Positions 16,914 to 26,131 of a stretch of 32,000 bases of DNA are shown here, in pieces. Both the position numbers and the translations under genes were made by a program. The notes beneath the pieces were generated by a model. The model saw only the letters and a list, made by a program, of their open reading frames with translations. It did not search any database and had not been told where the DNA came from. Source of the DNA: Methanopyrus kandleri AV19 (GTDB lineage: Archaea; JAADCQ01; Methanopyri; Methanopyrales; Methanopyraceae). Location of the stretch: assembly GCF_000007185.1 (NCBI RefSeq), contig NC_003551.1, forward strand, positions 1,290,001-1,322,000, in the 5' to 3' direction. Position 1 is the stretch's first letter, and the number at the start of each line of letters is the position of its first letter.

Positions 16914-17701
16914 CTCGCAATTAACCCGTAATAATATGGGTAATGAAACGGTAATGAAACTAGTATAATCTCCGTTAATTCATCTGCTACCTCTGGTAGT
17001 CTCTGTATTTCCGCAAACGCTCGCAATTAACCCGTAATAATATGGGTAATGAAACAACGCCTGGAGAAAAGCCTTCGGTAAACCCCTAACAGACACAGCC
17101 CTAAGACCCCTCGCAATTAACCCGTAATAATATGGGTAATGAAACAATACCAGAACGTCTCACCCGCATGGAACTTCGGCTTCAGCGGAGTACCACACTC
17201 ACAGACTCGCAATTAACCCGTAATAATATGGGTAATGAAACCGCTGTGGATAAACGATTGTCCACCGTGATACATAGCCGTCTAACCCTTCTTCGTCTCG
17301 CAATTAACCCGTAATAATATGGGTAATGAAACCTGTCTTCGCTTCTGGCCTTACTGTCTTCGTGAATGTTCCAAGCTCCAGGTAGTCAACTATCATCCTC
17401 GCAATTAACCCGTAATAATATGGGTAATGAAACTCTTGAGTAGGATACCGTTGATGATTGCCTCTCTCGTTTCCTTTGCCTCGTAGCCTCGCAATTAACC
17501 CGTAATAATATGGGTAATGAAACTGTGCTGGTGCTAAGTGAAAAGATTGCCACCCAATGCCCTAGATCTCTGACTCGCAATTAACCCGTAATAATACGGG
17601 TAATGAAATCCCACTACCGTCCTACATACTGCAGAGAGGTCCACCGTTGTTTTTATCCCATAACTCTCGTAATTAATTCGTAATAAAACGGATAATAAGA
17701 C
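16914..17701 (+). CRISPR. CRISPR array 2: eight 36-nt repeats plus degenerate terminal repeat(s)
   Basis: CTCGCAATTAACCCGTAATAATATGGGTAATGAAAC occurs at 16914, 17020, 17110, 17206, 17297, 17398 and 17488. A variant lies at 17574 (...AATACGGGTAATGAAAT) and a degenerate copy at 17666-17701. Further relics run to about 17800. Spacers are 70, 54, 60, 55, 65, 54, 50 and 56 nt. Confidence 0.95.
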
Positions 17702-18019
17702 ATTCACAAACTCTTTAAAGTTATAAATTCAATCATTCTCCGATTAACCACTATTTTGCAATTAACCTACAACCTATAATAATATTTGTGGTTAACCTAC
17801 GTACAATATAAACGACGACTATCGTTATCGGAGGCCATTCGTCGGCCGACCGCGACGCCGTTCCCGACTCTTTGAGGGAAGCGCGGGGACTGTCCGTGGC
17901 GTCCGCTTACACGTGGCGTACCCCGGGTCCGGATGGTGGTACCGCCCGTCGGCTCGCGCCGATCGCGTCGTCGGGACGGAAACGTTACGAATTACGTAAC
18001 TAATGGCGGGGAAGGGGCG

Positions 18020-20213
18020 TCAGGCCGAGATCCACCGGCGGAGCGCCGCCGGCGTCGGCACCGGTAGCACCCACCACACCGGGAGCCTCCGACCCTTCGG
18101 CTCCCGCGGCTGCGGTTCCCGTTTCACTCCCTCAGCCCCCTCGCTCTCTCCCCCGTTCTTCCGCCCCTTCCCGGTGCCTCCGTCCGGTTTCTCCGGCTCC
18201 GAGGGCTTAGGTTCACCCTCGGTCCCGTTCTTCGAGCTCTCGGTGGCCCCTCCGGTACCCTCGGTGCCTCCGGTCGGTTTTCCGGGGCCCTCCGGCTTCG
18301 TGGACGTCTCCCGGGTTCGATCCGTCTCCGTCCCGCCGCCCACGCCGTTCGCGGGCTTCTCTTCCCCGGGTTTCTCCTCCGTCCCCTCCTTCTCCTCGGG
18401 CTTCTCACCGGTCCCCTCCTCACCGCCGGTCTGGGTCCCCTCGATCCCGCTCGGTCGCCCGAAGCTCACGCTGCGCACGGGGGCGGGCATGGGGCCGCTG
18501 AAGGTACTCCTCAGGTAGAGCGTTTTACCGCGCCACTCGATCCTCGCGAGCGCTACCACCCGGTAGTCCCCGGGGTCCACCTGGAAGGTCGCCGAGAAGT
18601 CCCCGTACTTCCCCACCGGCACCTCCCGGGCCGCCACCAGTTCGTTCCCGCGGTACAACTCGACGCGAACCTCCCGGATCTCGATCCTCTCCGACGAGCC
18701 CCCCCGACACCAGCAGGGCTCTGGACGTGCTGCCCTTCACGCGTACGGGCGACGTGTCGGACGACTCGATCCCGGCGAAGAGCGGGATCTTCAGTCCGGC
18801 CACCGCGAACACGTCGTCCACGGTACCGTCGCGGTACCGAGCGACTATCCGGAAGACGTACAGGGTGTGCCCGTCCACGTCGATCGTCAGCACGCCCTCC
18901 CCGGACCGAAGCTCCCCGCTCCAGACCTCGTAGCAGCCGTGGTAGCCGTAGTCCTCGTAGAACGTCGCCTTGAGGCTCTCGACCTCGCCGGTGACCCGGT
19001 ATCTCAGGACCAGCGTGGTCCCCCGCTCGGTGACGTCGAACAACTCCATCTCGGCCCTGACGTCCGCGGGTCTCCAGTACCCGTCGTAGTACACCCGCGG
19101 GTTCAGGTACGCCTCGAGGGCGCCCATCGCGGCGGCCGTCGTCCCCTCGTCGTCCGACCAGCTCCCGTACTCGGGTCCCGTGGTCGCGACCTGTCCTTTC
19201 AGCAGCCAGCGGACGGTCGCGTGCAGGTCGTACTCCGGGTCCTCGATCAGGTCCCGGAGCTTCCTCTTACCGCCGGGCGTGTCGACCTCGACGTCCGTCG
19301 CGATATCGTACCACAGCGCCTTCAGCAGGGCGAACCGCAGCACGTCCCCGGTCGTTCGCACGTCGGGCGAGCCGTTCCGCGTCCAGACCGGTCCGTGCGA
19401 GCCGTCCACATCCTCCCAGGTTACACCCGACTCGGCGCTGAACAGCCACTCGAGGCCCTTGCGGACGGCGTTAAGGATCCCGTCGCGGTCCACGTCCAAC
19501 CCGAGCCGGTCCGCCAGCCGGTACACGTCGATCAGCGTCGAGATCACGCGCGCGTGATCGGCCGGGTCCTGGTCGAACCCGCCGTCGCTCCCCTGGTGTC
19601 CCAGCAGCCAGGCCATCCCACGCTCCACCGCCTCCCGCACCTCGGAGAACGCGGTGTCGTCCAGCCCCAGCTGACCGCCGACGACGTCGCGGAACTGGAG
19701 CACCCTCAGCAGGAGCTCCACCGCCGAGGCCGTTTCTTCGGGCTTCTCCTCGCGCCATCTGCCCCAGCTCCCGTCGTCGTCCTGGGCCTCGACCAGCCCC
19801 AGGATCTTCTCCCTGATGACGTCGCGGTCGGTCACGGGCGCGAGACCCTGGTAGACGGTCTCGTGCAGGATCGGTTCCAGTAGTCTGTTCACGTCCCGGA
19901 AGGTCGGGTACAGGAGCAGCCCTATGCGGACGGCCGGCCACGTGTCCGCGGGGCTCGACGCCGGGACGTGCAGGGGTACCCGCGAGGCTAACGAGTCCAT
20001 GCGCTCCGCCGCGAACAGCACCGGGTACGCCGTATCGAACGCCGCGTTCAGGTGTTCGTTGCCCTCGGCGAACCACCAGATCGTGGCTCGCTCGACGGCT
20101 TGCCTACACTCCTGCCCGATCGCACCGTACTCCTGGGAACCCGTCCAGTCCAGGGCCGAGGTCGGCGCGAGCGCCGCCAGCAGCACCACCGCTACCACGG
20201 TCGCGGGTCGCAA
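18020..20213 (-). CDS. large secreted protein with prenyltransferase/terpene-cyclase-like alpha/alpha-toroid repeats, frameshifted as sequenced
   Basis: TTG start. Signal peptide MRPATVVAVVLLAALAPTSA. Repeated 'QDDDGSWG', 'HQGSDGGF' and 'GPEYGSWSDDEG' motifs. The frame is lost at 'RALLVSGG' in a 7-base homopolymer (C7 at 18699-18705 on the plus strand). The protein continues in the +1 frame (ORF 18020..18658) into a Gly/Glu/Thr/Lys/Pro-rich linker and the tail 'RRLPVWWVLPVPTPAALRRWISA'. The total of 2194 nt is 3n+1. Confidence 0.7.
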
Positions 20214-20225
20214 GGTGGCCCCCTT

Positions 20226-20245
20226 CGGTTACTGAAAAGTAACCG
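20226..20245 (-). promoter_or_regulatory. perfect 8-bp palindrome between the TATA-like box and the start codon (candidate operator)
   Basis: CGGTTACT-GAAA-AGTAACCG lies immediately downstream (minus strand) of TTTATTTAT (20247-20255) and 13 nt upstream of the TTG start at 20213. Confidence 0.35.
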
Positions 20246-21335
20246 ATAAATAAAGCTCGCAACGCCCGCGTCCGGCGCCGTCCTGCCGTACCCGAGGAAC
20301 GCGAGTCGAGGGAAGCCCCCCTTCGAGCCTGTCGATGGGTTAGGGACAGCGCGACGGCGAGCGCGTACAGTGGGTACACCTCGAGCGTCCTCTCCACCAC
20401 CCGGTGGTACAGCACCACCTCGTCGTGAAGGGGTACCGTGGATCCGCTGCGGACCGCGTGGTCCCTCCGCCCGAGCGGTACGCGCCCGACGTCCTTATCC
20501 TTCGGACGGTGTCGGACCTAGCCCCCTCGGTCCCGACCCCGGCGGGGATGACCTCCGGGGAGGGATGTGAACCTCTAGAAGCTGCGAACCGTGATCGTGC
20601 GGGACGACCAGGAGCAGGGAGAGCAGGTCCGACGTCCCGTCCGGTGGCGTGACGCACGGTTCGAACGCCCCGCGCTGAATAGGGAGACGACGCGTCGACG
20701 CGGATCGAAGGGGCCCTCCGGGCGGGTTCCCACCGTCACTGAGGCGACGACCTCGGCGGGCGATCCCACGGTGCGCATCCTATCCCGACGTCGGACGGAC
20801 GGTGCTCCGCCTTCGGGACGACCGCGGCGATTCAAGGTCAGGCCCCTTCTCCGGCGCGACGCGGGGTCCGGACCGTCCGCTCGGTGCCTCGACTTCGGGG
20901 GAGGGGGCGAGATGTTGCGCACGGGTCGACGGGCCCGACCCCGATCCGGTCCCTCGCGGCGGAGAGGGCGTTCCGACGGTGGAGGGGGTTCACGGTCGGT
21001 GCTCCGTGATGTGGACGGTTCGGTCGAAGACATCCCCGTACGGGTCCGCGGGGGATGACTCGATCGACAGTCGGAACCGTTTCGACCCTTCCCGGACCGG
21101 GCGGAGCCCCCGGAGGGTCCGTTCGAATCCCGGTCCTCACGCACGGTCCCGACGGTCTCCGAGGTGAGCGACGATCTCGGCGGGCTCGCGGTGCCGTCCG
21201 GGATCCATCGGAGACCGTGGGACGTCGCCGCGGTACCGGGCCCATCATCGGGCCCGAATGTACGATTCCGGATACACGTAAATACGCTTCGAAAACGGGT
21301 TACCGGGTCGGGGATACCCTATCTACCCTCCCCGG

Positions 21336-22216
21336 ATGACCGTGAGTTCTCGAGGCCGTCACCCCGGTGTTCATCGGGAAGAGTTGTCCTCCGGTACTGG
21401 CTCAGGGCGCTCCTCGGGCGGTGTTCGGACTGGAAGGAGGTGCGCGGGTTCGAGGCGGCCGTGTTCGGCGGGAAGGTCGACGACGAGATGTTACCGCCCT
21501 CGGTGAACCTGGTGTTAGTCGGAGAGCGGCAGATCGGGTGCTCAGAGGACTACGGTCCGGTCGTGGGGGGAGACCGGAGGAAAGGTTGGGCTTGGAGGTT
21601 CTACCTGAGTATCCCGTACGGGAGGGGTCGAGGTTCGAGCTGGAGGCCCGGTACGTCGTCTCCGAGCGTGCCGAGCGGATCCTCGAGGAATACGGGCTCG
21701 ACGGGAACTCCGTCCGGAAGGCCTTCGAGCGGTCCCTGAAGTTCCTCTCGCTGCTGGGAGGTGTAGGAGCGCGCTCGCGTCGGCGCGCCGGGTCGCTGAT
21801 GTGGGAGGAGGTCGTACTTGGGGATGGATTACGGGAGCACGTCAAATAGATCGTCGACTGGATCGAGGATAAGCTGGGCGACGGACTCCGGGACGAACCG
21901 GGGGTTCCCCGCGTTCAGGGATGGTTACTTTGCGGTCGGCGTCGGGCCAGGGGCGAAAAGCCTGAACGAGGCGTTGGAGTGCGCCTGGAAAGTTTACGAC
22001 CGGCTGAGGAATGAGTCGGAGAATAAGAGACGAATGGGGCACTACCTCGGGATCGGTCGCAGGTACTCGCGCTCACGGGTTCACTTCCAGGTCAAGCGCC
22101 TGAAGAACGGTGAGTTCGTGCCCGTGGTGACGGCGTTCGCGGGGCGGAGGAAGGAGAGGGGAAACCTGAAGGGCGTCCGGAAGGCTATGGGGAAGAGTTG
22201 GACGCTTTACCCGTGA
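21336..22216 (+). pseudogene. decayed solo cmr1-like RAMP gene
   Basis: Cmr1-type motifs are spread over three frames: 'LEAVTPVFIGKS', 'LRYWLRALLG', 'FGGKVDDEMLPPSVNLVLV', 'FLSLLGGVGARSRRRAGS', 'FPAFRDGYFAVGVG' and 'SRVHFQVKRLKNGEFVPVVTAF'. Frame changes occur at 21340-21400, at the G6 run 21565-21570 and at the G5 run 21900-21904. There is also an in-frame TAG at 21847-21849. Confidence 0.7.
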
Positions 22217-23237
22217 GGCGGCGTCTCCCTCGCATCGGCGGCGGCACTATCGGCGGAACCGGTAGCTCGTGCTTCGCCGGTTTCTCCCGCTCGGGTTTCC
22301 GACCCGTCTTCGGACTCGAAGGCTCCTTCTTCTCCAACCCGATCACCGCGACCACGGGCACGTACGGGAACCCGAACCTCCCGGTGACCCGCGGCCACTC
22401 CGACTGCACGACCCGTTCCCCTTCCTCCCGCACACCGACGACATCGACGGCGGCGCCACTCCCTCCACCACTTCCTCCGAGCGTCAGTACCAAGTGGTCC
22501 GTGAGCGACACGTTCGTGAAACCCTCTTGGATGTCGGCGAACCCACCGGGCCACAGGAACAGGACGTGCGGACTCCAAGCGTCCGATGTCGCCCAACAGT
22601 TGAATCCGCCTCCCCGTCCTGAAGGCTGTAGCGGCGCGGGCCACTCGATGCACCCGAAATAGTAGTAAGATCCTAGCTCTGGGTAGTGTTTCGGTCCCGC
22701 GATCGGTAGTCTATCGATCTCTTCGGGCTCCCTGTGGGCGGTCGGTATCCTGAGCTTCAGGACCAGGGCGGAGCAACCGTGCCTCCGCTCGTCGTACTTA
22801 GGCGTCACCCGGAAGTCGAGTTGGGTCCACCTCCAGGTCCAGCCGAGCACTTTCCACGTGACCTCCGAGCGGCTCACGGGCTCGATCCGTTCCCACTTGA
22901 CGTTGACATCGGGGCTGTCCAAATCGATCCCCTCGATCGGGTATAATTCGGGATAGAACCTGGCCTCGAGCACCTCCGTGCCCTGCGGTAGGAGCACGTG
23001 CAGCGTCACCGGCTTCCCGGGCTCCTTAACCCTGATGTACGCGCGGTACTCCGCGTCCACGTGGTCGACGACTTCGACTCCGTGATCGGATTCCTTCAAG
23101 TGGACGTCCTCGATTATCAGGTCGCTCTGCACGCCCACGTCCAGGAGCGCCTCCGGACCCACCCAAGCGTCACCGTGAACGGGCAACGGTAGGACCAGCG
23201 CCAACAGGGCCGGTAGGAGGACCCACCGCACCCTCAC
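22185..23237 (-). CDS. secreted protein of unknown function
   Basis: GTG start. Signal peptide MRVRWVLLPALLALVLPLPVHG. The C-terminal Lys/Glu/Pro linker is followed by 'LPVPPIVPPPMRGRRRL'. The 3' end overlaps the convergent pseudogene by about 30 nt. Confidence 0.65.
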   Translation of the reverse strand: MRVRWVLLPALLALVLPLPVHGDAWVGPEALLDVGVQSDLIIEDVHLKESDHGVEVVDHVDAEYRAYIRVKEPGKPVTLHVLLPQGTEVLEARFYPELYPIEGIDLDSPDVNVKWERIEPVSRSEVTWKVLGWTWRWTQLDFRVTPKYDERRHGCSALVLKLRIPTAHREPEEIDRLPIAGPKHYPELGSYYYFGCIEWPAPLQPSGRGGGFNCWATSDAWSPHVLFLWPGGFADIQEGFTNVSLTDHLVLTLGGSGGGSGAAVDVVGVREEGERVVQSEWPRVTGRFGFPYVPVVAVIGLEKKEPSSPKTGRKPEREKPAKHELPVPPIVPPPMRGRRRLTGKASNSSP

Positions 23238-23372
23238 GCGGAGGCCCCGCGATGGGAGTGCGGCGGTGCGGGATTACTGTTTTTCGCAACGTGGACGTCG
23301 TGTGGTGAACCGGGAAGCCGGATCGCCCGGTGTAGGACCGGAACCCCCGACCGGAGGGTATCTCCGCCACGG

Positions 23373-24599
23373 TCAGCAGCCCCCGTTCCCACCGTCACCA
23401 CCGTTACCACCATCGCCCCAGTCTCCTCCGTCGCCGAACCAGCCACCATTTCCCCAGCCCCCTTCCATCGATTCGGCGATTTCAGCGATGCTATCCACGA
23501 TACTCTCGAAGATGCCACCGGACTCATCGGAATCCCACCAGTGATAATCCCCGAGGCCATCGCCCCCTGCGCACCAACCGTTATGGTCACCGTCATGGTC
23601 CCGGTGCCGTCGGGACCCGTGTCCGTCGTCGGTCCTACCCTCGTGTGGGTGGAGCTCGGAGAACGTCTCCCCGAGCGGGACCACGCCGCCGAAGGCGAGC
23701 GTCCAATCTTCTGCTGAACCGCGGCGACCGACCCCCAGCAGGGCGACAATCGGGGCGCGGTCCTCCGACCTGCGGCCGAGCGGGATCGCGATACCGCGGA
23801 GGTCGTGCTCGGTCTTGAACTCGTACCGGCTCGTTGGAGGTATCACGAGCGTCACGTGGAAGGTCACGAGGCTACCTTCCTCGGCGAATTCGCGCAGGGC
23901 GTCCCCGGAACCCACGATCTTCAGGGCTTCCCTCAGCGCACCCCTACACCCTTTGATGTAACCCCTACTTCCCACTACGAACTGGGTTCCCTTCCCTCCC
24001 GAGAGGTCGCGGTCCGGCACCTTCAGGAGTCCGGAGAGCCTGCGGTCGAGCTTGTCCGGAGTACCTTCGGCTCTGAAGACGACACCGACGATGTCTTCGG
24101 CCTCCTCCACGATCCTCGACGCCTCGCGGACCACCTTACGCCCCGCCGATCTCGCCGACCAGAGCGCGGCGATCAGTAGTATCACTGAGAGTACGATCAC
24201 CTCACGATCCGCCAGTCTCGCCGACCATAGGACGACGATCAGTGGTATCGTCGAGAGTACGAACCGTACGGGTGCGGTCATCGGTGCCGATATTAGCAGC
24301 AGTACGAATAGCAAGAGCAGTGAGGGGAGGAGACCGAAGACGAAGAACACGATCGCCGTCGTCAGGCCGAGGATCACTATCCAGACGTCGGAGAACAGTT
24401 CGAGCCATCGCAGGGCGAGGAGCGTCGAGCGCTCCCCGATATCGGGTGCCCCCTCGACGCCGGCGGAACCACGGATTCTCCCGGCGGTATAAGCCTTACG
24501 ATAAGTATACGGTGGCCGGGCGGTGCCGGTGCGTGTCGATACGAAACGCGGCGGTACCGGCGGTTCCATCCCGCGGGTCGTCCTGGTGGTGACTTTCAT
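23373..24599 (-). CDS. membrane protein with a Gly/Asp/Trp-rich C-terminal tail
   Basis: The ATG overlaps the stop of the upstream membrane gene (ATGA). There are several hydrophobic helices, including a duplicated '...LWSAR(L/S)A(D/G)R(E/K)' segment. A soluble domain, a His/Asp-rich stretch and the tail 'GGWGNGGWFGDGGDWGDGGNGGDGGNGGC' follow. Confidence 0.65.
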   Translation of the reverse strand: MKVTTRTTRGMEPPVPPRFVSTRTGTARPPYTYRKAYTAGRIRGSAGVEGAPDIGERSTLLALRWLELFSDVWIVILGLTTAIVFFVFGLLPSLLLLFVLLLISAPMTAPVRFVLSTIPLIVVLWSARLADREVIVLSVILLIAALWSARSAGRKVVREASRIVEEAEDIVGVVFRAEGTPDKLDRRLSGLLKVPDRDLSGGKGTQFVVGSRGYIKGCRGALREALKIVGSGDALREFAEEGSLVTFHVTLVIPPTSRYEFKTEHDLRGIAIPLGRRSEDRAPIVALLGVGRRGSAEDWTLAFGGVVPLGETFSELHPHEGRTDDGHGSRRHRDHDGDHNGWCAGGDGLGDYHWWDSDESGGIFESIVDSIAEIAESMEGGWGNGGWFGDGGDWGDGGNGGDGGNGGC

Positions 24600-26125
24600 C
24601 CCCGGATGGTCGGGTCCCGTGGGCGGACCTCTTCACCTCCGTGTCGCTGGACCTCGATCACGTAGGAAACGAAGTTGTTGTAGGAGAGCACCCGGTACGC
24701 CTCCGTGTGCAGGTTGAGCCACATGCGGACCGCGGTCAGCGCGCACACCGTCGCCGAGGCGCAGGTCCCCATCAGGTAGCCCAGGGCGAGCCACTTCACA
24801 CCCCACCGATGCCACGCCAGGAGCTCCGCGATCGGGACGAGGGAGAGCGCCACCGTCGCCTCGATCTCCCGGCGGAACGTGATCAGCTGCGGGTACGTGT
24901 AGACCACCAGCGCCCCCGGGACGCTCCCCAGCAGGTACAGTACCAGGAGGTCCGGGTTCGCGCCGGCCAGTTGCCGTTCGATCCACTTCACCAGCGTCGC
25001 CAGGTTCCCGAACGGCGGGACGGGGACGGCGCTGACCGCGTGGATCAACGCTGACGACGCCTTCAGGACCGGCCCGAGGAGGTACGCGACGTCCCCCGAC
25101 ATCCAGTAGTGGAACCGAGGTCTCACGAACGAGGCGGTCACCAGCGCCAGGACGCCCGAGAGCGCGAGGGCGATCCCGGCCCCTTTGATGAACTGGAGGA
25201 ACATCCGCCGTCCTATCTCCTCGAGCTCCCTCGACTCGACCCTGTAGATCCTGTCCAGGTCGTCCCCGACGTCGATCCAGAAGATCCCGGCCGCGAACGT
25301 GCCGGCCAGCAGGGGGACCATCCCCACGGATGCCGGGACGTCGAGCGGTGGGTACGGGAACCCACGCCCGCACCAGATGACGATCTTGTCGAAGAACATC
25401 ATGGCGTAGTACGCGATCGAGGACAGCGCGATCACGAAGTAGTCCAGCGCCGCCGCGGCGGCCACCACCAGGCACCCTACCAGGTACTCCTTGGTGATCT
25501 CGGGAGGGTTCTCGAGGTGTTTCCGCGCATTCGCGACGAGGCTCGCCGTGAGGGTGATCGCCAGGAGGGACGACGAGAGTACGAACGACCTCAGGACGTC
25601 GGAGGTCACCGCCGCGAGGACGGCGAACGCGACCGAGAACGCCGTCCAGGAGGCCACGATCTGTAGGACGGCCTTCCACCGGTACTCCTTCCAGCTGGCC
25701 GCGACCATGCAGGTCAGGGTGTAGACGATACCCGTCAGCTCGGCGGCCAGAACGACGTCGTGCGAGAGCTTCAGACCGAAGGACTCCGAGAGCAGCCGGC
25801 TCAGGAGGTACGGCACGGGCGGGTAGACGACCGCCAATAGCGCGAGCACGCCGATGACGGGGGACAGTACCCCGAGGTACCTCGCGTCCGCCACCATCCG
25901 CGAACCTAAGACCTGGAAGGGTGAGGACGAGAGCAAACCCACGATGAGACCGAAACTGAGCCTGGGTAAATCGTTGAAGGACATCGATTCCAACAGTGCC
26001 AACAGCGTGATGACGCTCCAAACTGGGGTGAAGAGTAACGCCGATCTGACGACGGACTTGAGGTCCGCCCTTCCCCTCCTCACGCCCCGGATGACCTTGT
26101 CGATGGCGTCCGATAGGAACCCCAT
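24596..26125 (-). CDS. polytopic membrane protein (possibly PelG/polysaccharide-transporter-like)
   Basis: 509 aa with about 12 hydrophobic segments. It starts 6 nt after the glycosyltransferase stop. Its position next to a PelF-like GT and the N-terminal '...LLFTPVWSVITLLAL' suggest a PelG-like role, but the family assignment is weak. Confidence 0.6.
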   Translation of the reverse strand: MGFLSDAIDKVIRGVRRGRADLKSVVRSALLFTPVWSVITLLALLESMSFNDLPRLSFGLIVGLLSSSPFQVLGSRMVADARYLGVLSPVIGVLALLAVVYPPVPYLLSRLLSESFGLKLSHDVVLAAELTGIVYTLTCMVAASWKEYRWKAVLQIVASWTAFSVAFAVLAAVTSDVLRSFVLSSSLLAITLTASLVANARKHLENPPEITKEYLVGCLVVAAAAALDYFVIALSSIAYYAMMFFDKIVIWCGRGFPYPPLDVPASVGMVPLLAGTFAAGIFWIDVGDDLDRIYRVESRELEEIGRRMFLQFIKGAGIALALSGVLALVTASFVRPRFHYWMSGDVAYLLGPVLKASSALIHAVSAVPVPPFGNLATLVKWIERQLAGANPDLLVLYLLGSVPGALVVYTYPQLITFRREIEATVALSLVPIAELLAWHRWGVKWLALGYLMGTCASATVCALTAVRMWLNLHTEAYRVLSYNNFVSYVIEVQRHGGEEVRPRDPTIRG

Positions 26126-26131
26126 TCGATC

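Noticed and set aside
21095-21140. GTTCGAATC T-loop-like sequence (GGGTCCGTTCGAATCCCGGTCC), suggesting a tRNA or tRNA fragment.
   Set aside because: The flanking bases do not form a 5-bp T-stem, and no acceptor, D or anticodon arms can be drawn. It fits a generic GC hairpin (GGACCGGG...CCCGGTCC) better.
21847-21849. In-frame TAG inside the cmr1-like gene as a possible pyrrolysine or read-through codon.
   Set aside because: The same gene carries several frameshifts, so simple decay is the more economical explanation. Nothing in the window suggests Pyl machinery.
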